IMG/VR virus record: IMGVR_UViG_3300008262_000047 | Length of the DNA: 64,000 nucleotides | Source: a virus | Strand: one strand, 5' to 3' | Shown: positions 1 to 9,039 of the stretch, one piece after another | Numbering within the stretch: the first letter of the stretch is position 1 | Layout of the letters: every line of letters begins with the position of its first letter | Notes under the pieces: model-generated | Told to the model about the DNA's origin: nothing | Databases searched by the model: none | Seen by the model: only the letters and a program-made list of their open reading frames with translations | Made by a program: the position numbers and the translations under genes

Positions 1-8
1 TGAGTTGT

Positions 9-608
9 TTGGTGCGCGGGGAATATCTTCAAAATCATGAACGCGGGTGGGGTGAATATTATCCCTGCATTGCCTTCGCCATTATGAGCCGGCCGGGTGA
101 AGCCACGTTGTTCAACATTCTCATGGAAGATGGGGGTGTCTGGTGGGGTGTGCCCATCAGTGCCTTGTGCTGGCAGGAATGTGAACATCGTCCTTTGGAA
201 CAATTGCAACTCTGGAATTCTTTCAGCTACAACGTGAGTGTAACCACATTTGCCGCCTTGAGCCATTTGTCATGCATCTATTATGATAGAGACAATGTGA
301 AACATGCGGGTGAATATCTATTCACCATAGATTGGAGTCAGGGTGATTATTCAGAATTGCGCTATGGCTATGCCGAAACAGCAGACAATCATAAATGCGG
401 GCATGTGATAAAGTTGGATTCCGGGCATTTCGCCATTCAACCCAATAATCGAATGCGCTTCTTTGATCCCAGCTTCACGGTGAAGAAAGACTTGGTGGTG
501 CACCGCCTCATCTCCGATAAGAAATATCGTGTGGAGAACACACCGAAATATTCCACGGAAGATAGTAACAAATTCTATTACGACATTATCCGGGATGAAA
601 CTTTATGA
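9..608 (+). CDS. Hypothetical phage protein, probably truncated at the window edge
   Basis: Frame is open back to the window start; ATGA overlap with next ORF; no recognisable motif. Confidence 0.6.
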   Translation: MVRGEYLQNHERGWGEYYPCIAFAIMSRPGEATLFNILMEDGGVWWGVPISALCWQECEHRPLEQLQLWNSFSYNVSVTTFAALSHLSCIYYDRDNVKHAGEYLFTIDWSQGDYSELRYGYAETADNHKCGHVIKLDSGHFAIQPNNRMRFFDPSFTVKKDLVVHRLISDKKYRVENTPKYSTEDSNKFYYDIIRDETL

Positions 609-1708
609 CTATACAGAAATTCAATCGAGGTGATGTGGCGGAAGCCATACTGGGTGCCACTCTAGTGGCAAAATTTCTTCAAGTGGAACGTGAACAAGGT
701 GATGCTCCAAAATTAATCCATGCTCAAGTGGATGATGTCTTGGATGATTTCTTTAGCAAAGCCACAATGGTGTCATATACATTAAATGATATTTCCGCTG
801 TGAAGGGTAAGGTGGTGCTAGATAATGTTCGTTTCTATGTAAACATTCCCACTCCTGCCAAGATGTTATTGCAACAACGAAACAATAGAACTGTAGTGAA
901 TGATTTATATGATTCCGCAATTCAGTATGTGGAGGATACATGGGAATCTGAAATCATTGAATTGTTGGGCAATCAAACACCTGATGATGTTGCCATTATT
1001 TCTGATGGTGTAGGGGATCAAAAGGGTACTAAGGCGGATATTAAAATCACGGTGAATAATAAACCGTATAAGCGACAAATTTCATTGAAGGTGGGTGGAG
1101 GCGAGCAGTTTGCACAAATCTCAGGTGATGAATTTCTAAAGCAAACAAAACTCTGGAAAGACATTCTAGGATTGAACATCGCACATCTAGAAAATGAATA
1201 TAATGCCACACTTCGTTATGATAAAAAAGAATTGTTTTCAAGCCGCGAAGATGTACGTTTGGCAGCACTGAAAAATATGATTAAAACCGCTGTGGGCGCT
1301 GTGTATAAAGAAGCCGCAGTGCAAATGAAACAATTTGTTTCTAGTAACAATAAACCGTTCTATGAGAACATTGCCAAATTGGTATATCAAGGTGCCACGT
1401 TGGGTGATGCCAGTATTGAATTGGTGAAGTTGGAAAATAGAAAATATAAAAATTTAAAATTCTCTGATGCTGACTTCATTAACATTTACTCCACTCGTTT
1501 GAAAAATGCCAAACTCATTGTGAAAGTCTCAGAATCAGGAGATCCCAAAGTTCAGCTCTATGCCGAATCTATGACACCCGCCAACTTAATCGTACAAATT
1601 CGTGCCAAGGTGGAAGCTGCCTCACGAACCACAAAGGCAGGCAAAACATATTCACCATATTTACGTAATCTAGTTGAGGCGGGCCCTAAAATGTTTTCGC
1701 TTATTTAG
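605..1708 (+). CDS. Putative PD-(D/E)xK-fold endonuclease
   Basis: GDVAE near the N-terminus and TKADI...ISLK, a nuclease-like motif seen in free-standing phage endonucleases. Confidence 0.45.
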   Translation: MTIQKFNRGDVAEAILGATLVAKFLQVEREQGDAPKLIHAQVDDVLDDFFSKATMVSYTLNDISAVKGKVVLDNVRFYVNIPTPAKMLLQQRNNRTVVNDLYDSAIQYVEDTWESEIIELLGNQTPDDVAIISDGVGDQKGTKADIKITVNNKPYKRQISLKVGGGEQFAQISGDEFLKQTKLWKDILGLNIAHLENEYNATLRYDKKELFSSREDVRLAALKNMIKTAVGAVYKEAAVQMKQFVSSNNKPFYENIAKLVYQGATLGDASIELVKLENRKYKNLKFSDADFINIYSTRLKNAKLIVKVSESGDPKVQLYAESMTPANLIVQIRAKVEAASRTTKAGKTYSPYLRNLVEAGPKMFSLI

Positions 1709-1711
1709 GAC

Positions 1712-1740
1712 TTGACATTTTCACGTAACATAGATATATT
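1712..1740 (+). promoter_or_regulatory. Sigma70-type early promoter
   Basis: TTGACA-17 nt-TATATT. Confidence 0.8.
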
Positions 1741-1769
1741 ATAGATATATTTTCATCATGGAGGTGTTT

Positions 1770-1982
1770 ATGCGCACTTGTGTTCGTTGCAAATGTTATA
1801 TTCCTAATGCACGTCTTGAAATACTCCCTGACACACAAACATGTGTGGGATGTTCGGGTGTTCAGAAATATGTAGGCGCCATGGTGTATGACCACAAGAC
1901 GGCAGGACGATTGGAATTTGTCCGCCCAGAAAACACACAAGCAGTACAAACTTTAATTCGTTTTGTTAACCGAGGACGATAA
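1770..1982 (+). CDS. DksA/TraR-type C4 zinc-finger protein
   Basis: CVRCKCYIPNARLEILPDTQTCVGC; GGAGG RBS at 1760 favours the ATG at 1770. Confidence 0.7.
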   Translation: MRTCVRCKCYIPNARLEILPDTQTCVGCSGVQKYVGAMVYDHKTAGRLEFVRPENTQAVQTLIRFVNRGR

Positions 1983-2302
1983 TGAATATTCACGTAACTG
2001 ATAACGCCATCACAGAACTCCGTGCCAACAAGGAGCATGATGTTCAACATTATCGCATGGGTGTCATGCCCGGCGGATGTTCAGGATTTAAATATACACT
2101 CATGTTGGAAGATGTTGCTGCCGATGATGATGTGCTCATTGATGCCGCCGCCGATGTGAAAATCATTGTTGATCCTTTCTCAGCGCAATATCTTGAAGGT
2201 GCTGAATTGGATTATGTCAAGACATTGACGGAATCCGGATTTACATTTAAAAATCCCAACGCCACAGGCGGATGCGGATGTGGGTCAAGTTTCTCGGCAT
2301 AA
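1982..2302 (+). CDS. iscA: A-type Fe-S carrier (IscA/HesB/ErpA family)
   Basis: GGCSGFKY and NPNATGGCGCGSSF motifs. Confidence 0.95.
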   Translation: MNIHVTDNAITELRANKEHDVQHYRMGVMPGGCSGFKYTLMLEDVAADDDVLIDAAADVKIIVDPFSAQYLEGAELDYVKTLTESGFTFKNPNATGGCGCGSSFSA

Positions 2303-2321
2303 CTACACATAGGATTATATT

Positions 2322-3344
2322 ATGATTAAACATGCAGACATTGTAATTGATTTACAGGCAGGTGACACAGGAAAGGGTAAGGTGTCACATCATTTGGCAA
2401 AACAGCGTGACTATGATGTAGTCTTACGTTTCAATGGCGGCGCCAATGCCGGACACACCATCTATCATGAAGGACAAAAGGTGGTGACACATCAAGTTCC
2501 TGTGGGGGTGTTCTACAACATTCCCTGCATTATTGGTCCTGGGTGTGTCGTAAATATTCCAGCCTTGGTTGAAGAAATTAACATGTTGAAGAAATTGGGA
2601 TTTGAAACCAACATTTATGTTGATAAGCGTTGTCACATCACGGCACCCGCCCATATTGCCGAAGATGGTCAAGATAATAAAATTGGGACAACACGCCAAG
2701 GCATTGGTCCCACCTATCGGGACAAGTATGCCCGTACAGGAAATCGTCTGGGTGATTTAGTTACATTCAATGATTTCACCCGGCCCTATGGCGTAATTGA
2801 TGTTGCCCAATATTTTTTTCAGATGCCGCGTGAATTAACTGTATTGTGTGAGGGAGCTCAAGGATTTCAAATTGACATTGATTGGGGAGATTATCCCTAT
2901 GTCACAAGTTCACATTGCACAACAGGCGCCGTGGCATTGAATGGTATTGCTCCGCGCACATGGCGCAATGTGTATGGTGTCATGAAGGCATATGAAACCT
3001 ACTCAGGATTTAAAACACATTACACACAAGATGATGCTGTGTTTGCATCCATTCAAGAAGTGGGGCAAGAATTTGGCGCCACGACAGGCAGAAAGCGACA
3101 GGTGCGCTGGTTACATCTTGATGATGTCATTCAAGCCATGCATGTGAATGACGTTACAGATTTAATTATCAACAAGGTGGATGTATTGGAAGTTGTGGGT
3201 GTGTTTGGTGTTGTACATCAAGGAACAAATCATATGTTCCGTAATGTTGATGATTTTAGGCGATTTGTAGAAAGGACAATTCGTAATGAATATAAGTATA
3301 AACTGAATAGCATTGTTTGGTCAACTTCACCGGAGACAGTATGA
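2322..3344 (+). CDS. purA: Adenylosuccinate synthetase, short form
   Basis: GDTGKGK, GGANAGHT, GTTRQGIGP, EGAQG, YPYVTSS, GATTGRKR. Confidence 0.9.
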   Translation: MIKHADIVIDLQAGDTGKGKVSHHLAKQRDYDVVLRFNGGANAGHTIYHEGQKVVTHQVPVGVFYNIPCIIGPGCVVNIPALVEEINMLKKLGFETNIYVDKRCHITAPAHIAEDGQDNKIGTTRQGIGPTYRDKYARTGNRLGDLVTFNDFTRPYGVIDVAQYFFQMPRELTVLCEGAQGFQIDIDWGDYPYVTSSHCTTGAVALNGIAPRTWRNVYGVMKAYETYSGFKTHYTQDDAVFASIQEVGQEFGATTGRKRQVRWLHLDDVIQAMHVNDVTDLIINKVDVLEVVGVFGVVHQGTNHMFRNVDDFRRFVERTIRNEYKYKLNSIVWSTSPETV

Positions 3345-4114
3345 AAATTTTAGTTATGGGATTACCTGGTTCAGGCAAGACCACCTTGGCAAAGGTGCTT
3401 GCTGAAAAGCTCAAGGCGGCATATTTCAATGCCGATGAAGTGCGTAAGATGTTCAATGATTGGGACTTTTCAGAAGAAGGAAGAATTCGTCAGGCTTCAC
3501 GCATGCGCGACTTATCACATGTAGCCAACACGGAATATAGTGTTGCTGATTTTGTATGCCCCACACCAGATACGCGCTGGGCATTTGAACCTGATTTCGT
3601 CGTGTTCATGAACACCATTGAGGCAGGACGATTTGAAGATACCAATAAGGTGTTTATTCGCCCAGATTTTGTTGATGTTGAAATCACAGCTTGGGGCGAT
3701 GTAAATGTTCAGACAGATGACATTGTTGCCAAGATTGAAAAGACGTTTGCTCCGAGGCCTGTGTTCAATTGGAAGGCACCCACAGGATTGATGATTGGAC
3801 GTTTTCAACCCTTCCATGATGGGCATGTGAAGTTGTTTGAAACCATCTTGGAAAAGGAAGGGCAGGTGTTGATTGGTATCCGTGACACTCACGGCACGGA
3901 TGCAAAGAATCCGTTTACTTCATATGAAGTTGAAAATTTCATTGATGAAAAATTGCGCGACAAGTATGAAGGACGGTATCACATCTATTATCTTCCTAAC
4001 ATCACCGGTGTGTATTATGGGCGAGATGTTGGGTACAAGGTGGAACAAATTCATCTAGATGCCCAAACAGAATCCATCTCGGCAACTAACGTGCGTAAGG
4101 AGATGGGATTGTAA
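3341..4114 (+). CDS. cysC: Adenylylsulfate kinase-like domain fused to an HxGH nucleotidyltransferase domain
   Basis: GLPGSGKTT, NADEVR, DFSEEGRIRQ, then GRFQPFHDGH and ISATNVR; start at the ATGA overlap with purA. Confidence 0.75.
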   Translation: MKILVMGLPGSGKTTLAKVLAEKLKAAYFNADEVRKMFNDWDFSEEGRIRQASRMRDLSHVANTEYSVADFVCPTPDTRWAFEPDFVVFMNTIEAGRFEDTNKVFIRPDFVDVEITAWGDVNVQTDDIVAKIEKTFAPRPVFNWKAPTGLMIGRFQPFHDGHVKLFETILEKEGQVLIGIRDTHGTDAKNPFTSYEVENFIDEKLRDKYEGRYHIYYLPNITGVYYGRDVGYKVEQIHLDAQTESISATNVRKEMGL

Positions 4115-4332
4115 TGGTTCAGCGTAAACGACACATTGCCAAAGCCATTAGTTGGCGAATACTAGGTACTATAGACACCATGATAATTGCCGGATTAATT
4201 TCCGGTAGTTGGAAAATTGGTGTATCAGTGGGTGGTGTGGAAGTCATCACAAAGATTGCCTTATATTATTTCCATGAACGTCTATGGTATAATTACGTTT
4301 CTTTTGGATTAGATAAAGATTTACAAGATTGA
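4114..4332 (+). CDS. DUF2061-like small membrane protein
   Basis: KAISWRILGTIDT...KIALYYFHERLW. Confidence 0.8.
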   Translation: MVQRKRHIAKAISWRILGTIDTMIIAGLISGSWKIGVSVGGVEVITKIALYYFHERLWYNYVSFGLDKDLQD

Positions 4333-4844
4333 TGAAAGTTGGATTGTTTTTTACGGGAGGGGTTGAGAGTACTTTGTTGTTGAACCGATTGTCTAAAGAA
4401 GATAATGTGTTACAACTTTATACTGTACTTGACCCTTCCATTAACTTAGACAGAATAGAAAACATAGTAACATATATAAATGAAAATAATAATGTTAGTG
4501 TGAATTTTCCTTTTACAATCCCTGTGAAGAATACAAAAGAAGATAAGGATAGAACGTTTATTAGATGGGCACTACATTTAGCAAAGGTGGAAGTTGATAT
4601 GTTATATATTGGCAGCAATGAACATATGGACCATTTACCTAAACGCGAATATTTAAATAACAATAAAATAGTTCTACCTTTTAAAGGATTACAAAAAGAT
4701 AGAATCATTGAGATGTACAAAAATGAAGGATTATTAGAATTATTGAATATGACACATAGTTGTTTCATAGATAAAATATCACATTGCAGTAAATGTATTG
4801 GTTGTGTTGAAAGAACATGGGCATTTGAGAGGAATAATTTATGA
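4329..4844 (+). CDS. Short QueC-like PP-loop protein
   Basis: FTGGVEST (degenerate PP-loop) and THSC-x6-CSKCIGCVER Zn motif. Confidence 0.65.
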   Translation: MMKVGLFFTGGVESTLLLNRLSKEDNVLQLYTVLDPSINLDRIENIVTYINENNNVSVNFPFTIPVKNTKEDKDRTFIRWALHLAKVEVDMLYIGSNEHMDHLPKREYLNNNKIVLPFKGLQKDRIIEMYKNEGLLELLNMTHSCFIDKISHCSKCIGCVERTWAFERNNL

Positions 4845-5059
4845 ATGGTAAAGGAGATGCACCCAGACCGTTAAGTGTAGATAAAAATATCTACAATGAC
4901 AATTGGGATAGAATCTTTGGAAAACAAGAAGAAATTTGTGAGTATAGCGGATTACCTAACACGGAGAGTTATAATGCATCCAAACGAAGTGCAACTTACA
5001 CGGGAGAACATCCCAGAATTGATGAAGATGGCAACCGAATTGAGCAAGAACCATGTTGA
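4841..5059 (+). CDS. Small conserved phage hypothetical protein
   Basis: GKGDAPRP...NWDRIF; ATGA coupling. Confidence 0.6.
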   Translation: MNGKGDAPRPLSVDKNIYNDNWDRIFGKQEEICEYSGLPNTESYNASKRSATYTGEHPRIDEDGNRIEQEPC

Positions 5060-5120
5060 GGCTCTTAAGGAACAGTGCATCCGACAAAATGTGTCGTATA
5101 ACGTTTAACATGGGATAAAG

Positions 5121-5813
5121 ATGGATCAGACACTTCCTTCTTTTTTCGGAAATTTTTCTATACCTCGAGGTATATTGTGGGTATATGCCAATAAGTGCGG
5201 ATCCACTTTTTTAGAAAATTTTTTTAATAAAAAGGGATATAAACAATTGGCTATACGTGATGAGTCATCTAATGAGTTAATAGATGACCTTTCTATAAAA
5301 GAAAGATATTTCATTTATAGAGATCCTGTTGATAGATTTATGGCTTGGTATAATGTATTCGTCTACAGGGATAAAGTAGATGCTAGTAATCTTAAATATA
5401 ATTTAACAAATGATAAGTTATATTCAGAAGCATTTCTAAAATTATCTTTCAACAAACATCCTGATTTAATTTCAAGTGCATATAATTTTCTTTCCTCATA
5501 TAAGGATTATGAATTATATGATTTACTACAGTATGATACCCATACGGTGCCACTAATAAATTATTTCAAGTACACAAAAGGTGACCCAAAAAAATACCGT
5601 ATAGTGAATATCACCTCATTGTCTCATGTTATACATGATAAATTTTTTGAATGGCATACGGGGAGTTTTAATAAAAATGCTATTCTTTCAAGAGATAATA
5701 TAGTTCTTCTTCAAAAGATTGTTGAAATACTACAACCTCTATATTCTGGAGATTTTGAAATTCTATATCCAGAAACTTTAAAAAATAATTCAACTGATAA
5801 ACAGGAGGAATGA
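5121..5813 (+). CDS. Sulfotransferase family 2-like protein
   Basis: NKCGST (5'-PSB), YRDPVDRFMAWY (3'-PB), DTHTVP. Confidence 0.65.
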   Translation: MDQTLPSFFGNFSIPRGILWVYANKCGSTFLENFFNKKGYKQLAIRDESSNELIDDLSIKERYFIYRDPVDRFMAWYNVFVYRDKVDASNLKYNLTNDKLYSEAFLKLSFNKHPDLISSAYNFLSSYKDYELYDLLQYDTHTVPLINYFKYTKGDPKKYRIVNITSLSHVIHDKFFEWHTGSFNKNAILSRDNIVLLQKIVEILQPLYSGDFEILYPETLKNNSTDKQEE

Positions 5814-5905
5814 TGCCACACCCACACAAGAACCGTCCACGTAAAGGCCGGCGAAAGGTTGGTAGCAAAAAGCGTCGAGCACGCAATATTCGCAGAAAGA
5901 GATAA
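5813..5905 (+). CDS. 30-aa very basic peptide MPHPHKNRPRKGRRKVGSKKRRARNIRRKR
   Basis: AGGAGG at 5803-5808; TAATG coupling to next ORF; below the ORF-track cutoff. Confidence 0.65.
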   Translation: MPHPHKNRPRKGRRKVGSKKRRARNIRRKR

Positions 5906-6018
5906 TGGCGAATAAATATATCGCTGAAGTTTGGCGTAAAATAAAGAATAAGAAAACAGGAACTGTGAAGAAGGTTCGCGTGAAACCACATCTTCGCAAA
6001 CCTAAAAAATCTAAGTAG
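5905..6018 (+). CDS. 37-aa basic peptide MANKYIAEVWRKIKNKKTGTVKKVRVKPHLRKPKKSK
   Basis: TAATG overlap with previous ORF; ends just before the next promoter. Confidence 0.6.
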   Translation: MANKYIAEVWRKIKNKKTGTVKKVRVKPHLRKPKKSK

Positions 6019-6025
6019 TGATGCC

Positions 6026-6054
6026 TTGACAACACCACCTAAAGGTGTTATATT
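6026..6054 (+). promoter_or_regulatory. Sigma70-type early promoter
   Basis: TTGACA-17 nt-TATATT; contains inverted repeat AACACC...GGTGTT. Confidence 0.8.
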
Positions 6055-6081
6055 ACAATATGACTCTAATCGTGAGGTGTT

Positions 6082-6990
6082 ATGCCACATCAGGTAGGTT
6101 ACTGTTGCATCAATGTCACACTAGGTAAGCAAAAAATCACCACTGGGCGGACGATGCGCCAGGCCTCATTCCAACAGGATACAGGTTTGGTTCGCACGTC
6201 CGCTTTAGCCTTACAGAATGCCAAGGACTTGGTGGCTATCTTGAATTGGAATGTTGCAAATAACATCAAGGTGTTTCGTATTGGCAGTAACATCTTCCCA
6301 TGGAATTCAGAATATGTGATTGATGATTTACCTGACATGGTTGACATTGTAGATATCATGAAGGATGCCGGTAAAATTATTCGTGACAGTGGTCAACGTG
6401 TCTCATTTCATCCTGACCATTTTGTCAAACTCGGCACTGTGAAGGATGAGGTGGCTCGGCGTTCTATTCATGACTTGAATCATCACAATGATTTGATGGC
6501 TATGATGCAATTACCTGCCAATCATTATTATCCACTAAACATTCATGTCGGGATGAATTACAGTAAGGATGTCATTGACCGATTCATTGACCGATTCCAT
6601 ATGCTCAAGGAAGATACACAAAAGCGATTGGTTGTGGAGAATGATGACAAGGCGAATGCCTTCTCGGTTAAGCAATTGTATGATGACATTTATTCACAAA
6701 TCAATACACCCATCACCTTTGACTATTTTCATCATACCTTTCATCCTGATGGTATGACAAGTCATGGTGCCGCGCATTTGGCAGCAACCACGTGGGATTG
6801 TACGCCGCTGTTTCACTACAGCGAAAGTAAAAATCTCAATGAGAATGTACAGGGCAATCCTCGTGCCCATTCTGATTATGCATTCAACTTCATTGATGAT
6901 TATGGACTAAATATTGACATAGACCTTGAGACCAAGGCGAAAGAACTTGCACTGATGAAATATCGGGAGATACAACATGAAATGGTATAG
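6082..6990 (+). CDS. uvsE: UV damage endonuclease (UvsE/UvdE)
   Basis: GYCCIN, FRIGSNIFPW, SFHPDHF, NIHVG, VENDD, FDYFHH, HYSES, AHSDY, ETKAKE. Confidence 0.92.
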   Translation: MPHQVGYCCINVTLGKQKITTGRTMRQASFQQDTGLVRTSALALQNAKDLVAILNWNVANNIKVFRIGSNIFPWNSEYVIDDLPDMVDIVDIMKDAGKIIRDSGQRVSFHPDHFVKLGTVKDEVARRSIHDLNHHNDLMAMMQLPANHYYPLNIHVGMNYSKDVIDRFIDRFHMLKEDTQKRLVVENDDKANAFSVKQLYDDIYSQINTPITFDYFHHTFHPDGMTSHGAAHLAATTWDCTPLFHYSESKNLNENVQGNPRAHSDYAFNFIDDYGLNIDIDLETKAKELALMKYREIQHEMV

Positions 6991-7243
6991 AAGTGAAACT
7001 AACAAGAAGTTTGGGGGAGTATGTGGCGGTATTGGTGAGATGTACGATTGGGATGTTACTGTCGTACGCATTGCAGCATTTTGCCTATTGTTCACCCCGG
7101 TGCCCATTGTGATTGCATATTTTGCCGCCTGGTTCATCATCCCCACAAAAGGAGAACTAGATGCTGGCAACACTATCACTAGCAGTGATGCTACAACTCG
7201 CAGCGGCAGAACCAAAGATAAAAAAGAATTTCTTGCCGGGTAA
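6977..7243 (+). CDS. PspC-domain membrane protein
   Basis: YRSETNKKFGGVCGGIGE...VRI...AYFAAWFIIP. Confidence 0.85.
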   Translation: MKWYRSETNKKFGGVCGGIGEMYDWDVTVVRIAAFCLLFTPVPIVIAYFAAWFIIPTKGELDAGNTITSSDATTRSGRTKDKKEFLAG

Positions 7244-7685
7244 GGTTCCCCGTGACACAACAAAAAATTATGTTGTTATTCATAATGATGGAGGGAATTT
7301 AAATGCGAGTGCAACACGATTGGTTTTACGGGCAAGAAAATTGGCATACCATTATTTCATCCAAACTGATGGGTCAATTTTTCAATTCATGGATTTACGC
7401 CATAGTGCAAAACATGCAGGCGATTCACGTTGGGGTGGTATGTTTGGTTGGAATGGCTTTAGCATAGCCATTGCACTACAAGGAACAAATTCCACCAATT
7501 ATAGCTGTAAGCAGTACGAGAGCTTGAAAAATTTATTATCTTATATTAGATTGCGGTATCCTGATAATGTTGAGAAACCCATACTAGGTCATTCAGATAT
7601 TGCATGGCCTCGGGGCAGAAAACATGACCCAGGGAAAAACTTTGACTTGAGGAACATAGAACATGACTCTACCTGCATCACCTGA
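7161..7685 (+). CDS. N-acetylmuramoyl-L-alanine amidase (Amidase_2) with signal-like N-terminus
   Basis: VVIHND, AYHYFI, AKHAG, GHSDI, RKHDPG. Confidence 0.85.
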   Translation: MLATLSLAVMLQLAAAEPKIKKNFLPGKVPRDTTKNYVVIHNDGGNLNASATRLVLRARKLAYHYFIQTDGSIFQFMDLRHSAKHAGDSRWGGMFGWNGFSIAIALQGTNSTNYSCKQYESLKNLLSYIRLRYPDNVEKPILGHSDIAWPRGRKHDPGKNFDLRNIEHDSTCIT

Positions 7686-7923
7686 AGATAAGCTGAAGTT
7701 ACTTGATGCCTTAAAGGAAATTTCGGCCAGCATGACCCGCGTTGAGGCGGAGCGTGACCTGATGAAAACATTAAAGAACGATGTCTGCGACGACCTACAA
7801 TTGAATCGTAAGGTGCTCAACAAGTTGGCACGCACCTACCACAAGGGCAATTACAGTGAAGAAGTTGAACTGCATAAGGATTTTGAGCAGTTGTATGAAA
7901 CTGTAACCAAGAAGGCGTCATAA
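7663..7923 (+). CDS. T4 DsbA-like dsDNA-binding protein
   Basis: EISASMTRVEAERD...LARTYHK...FEQLYE pattern. Confidence 0.7.
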   Translation: MTLPASPEDKLKLLDALKEISASMTRVEAERDLMKTLKNDVCDDLQLNRKVLNKLARTYHKGNYSEEVELHKDFEQLYETVTKKAS

Positions 7924-7924
7924 T

Positions 7925-8935
7925 ATGGTCAAGTTGGATTTTGATGATGTCTTAATTGTGCCACAATTTTCTGACATTACATCACGTAGTCAGGTAGATG
8001 TGACTACAACAATCCAAGGCAAGTGGGGTACATCCATCACGGGTGTCCCCATCATTGCTGCCAATATGGATGGTGTCGGTACATTTAGTATGCATCGCGC
8101 ATTGAAGAAGTTTGATATGTTTACTGCCATTACAAAACATCACATGTTAGATGATTGGATGGTGCAAGAAGATATCTCTCATGCCTTCTTAACAATTGGT
8201 ATGAGTGATGATGACCTGTGTAAGGCGTTGGATGTGTCACAATATATGCGTAACAAGGGATTGAAGCCGAAAATTGTCATTGATGTGGCGAATGGTTACA
8301 TGAACACCTTCTATGATTTCGTTTCGCGTGTGCGCGAGAGCATACCTGACGCCTTCATCATGGCAGGAACCGTAGTTACACCTGAGGCAGTTGAGCGTGT
8401 GATCCTGTCAGGCGCAGATTTAGCGCGCGTGGGCATTGGAACCGGTGCTGTATGTACTACACGGCGTGTTGCGGGTGTGGGTTATCCGCAATTTTCTGCT
8501 CTCATGGAGTGTGTTCCTGCTGCTGAAGGCGTAGGAGGCGGCGTTCAGAGCGACGGCGGGTGTGTTTTTCCTGGTGATTTCTCAAAAGCACTGGCCGTAG
8601 GAGCACAAATGGTGATGGCAGGCAGTATTTTTGCCGGCCATGATGAGTCGGAACAAGAAATTCGTGATGGAAAAGTGACTTTTTACGGCATGAGCAGCCA
8701 TGCAGCTCAACAAAAGCACAATCAAGTGAAAAATTACCGCGCTTCCGAGGGGCGTGTCGTACAAATTCCATACAAGGGACTAGTAGAACACACTGTTATT
8801 GACATTTTAGGCGGAATTCGTTCAACATGTGCCTATATTGACGCGATAAATATCTCGGAAATGTCTGAAAAGGCACAATTCATCCAAGTAAACAATGTCC
8901 TTAACCGCTCTTTGGAGCAATATACGGTGCGATGA
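7925..8935 (+). CDS. guaC: GMP reductase
   Basis: LDFDDVLI, AANMDGVG, IDVANGY, GAVCTTR, DGGC, FYGMSS, YRASEGR. Confidence 0.93.
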   Translation: MVKLDFDDVLIVPQFSDITSRSQVDVTTTIQGKWGTSITGVPIIAANMDGVGTFSMHRALKKFDMFTAITKHHMLDDWMVQEDISHAFLTIGMSDDDLCKALDVSQYMRNKGLKPKIVIDVANGYMNTFYDFVSRVRESIPDAFIMAGTVVTPEAVERVILSGADLARVGIGTGAVCTTRRVAGVGYPQFSALMECVPAAEGVGGGVQSDGGCVFPGDFSKALAVGAQMVMAGSIFAGHDESEQEIRDGKVTFYGMSSHAAQQKHNQVKNYRASEGRVVQIPYKGLVEHTVIDILGGIRSTCAYIDAINISEMSEKAQFIQVNNVLNRSLEQYTVR

Positions 8936-9039
8936 TGAAAATTGTAGATAAAATTGTTGATTGGCTTATCACAAAGTTGCTAGATTATAAATTTTACAGA
9001 CAAAAAAAGAACAATAACGATGAATTCATTTATCCATGA
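8932..9039 (+). CDS. 35-aa peptide ending in EFIYP
   Basis: ATGA overlaps at both ends link guaC to the methyltransferase. Confidence 0.55.
   Translation: MMKIVDKIVDWLITKLLDYKFYRQKKNNNDEFIYP

Noticed and set aside
2322-3344. PurZ / Z-genome system
   Set aside because: Catalytic Asp is retained (GDTGKG, not GSTGKG), the loop is PurA-like GATTGRKR, and no datZ or mazZ is seen in the window
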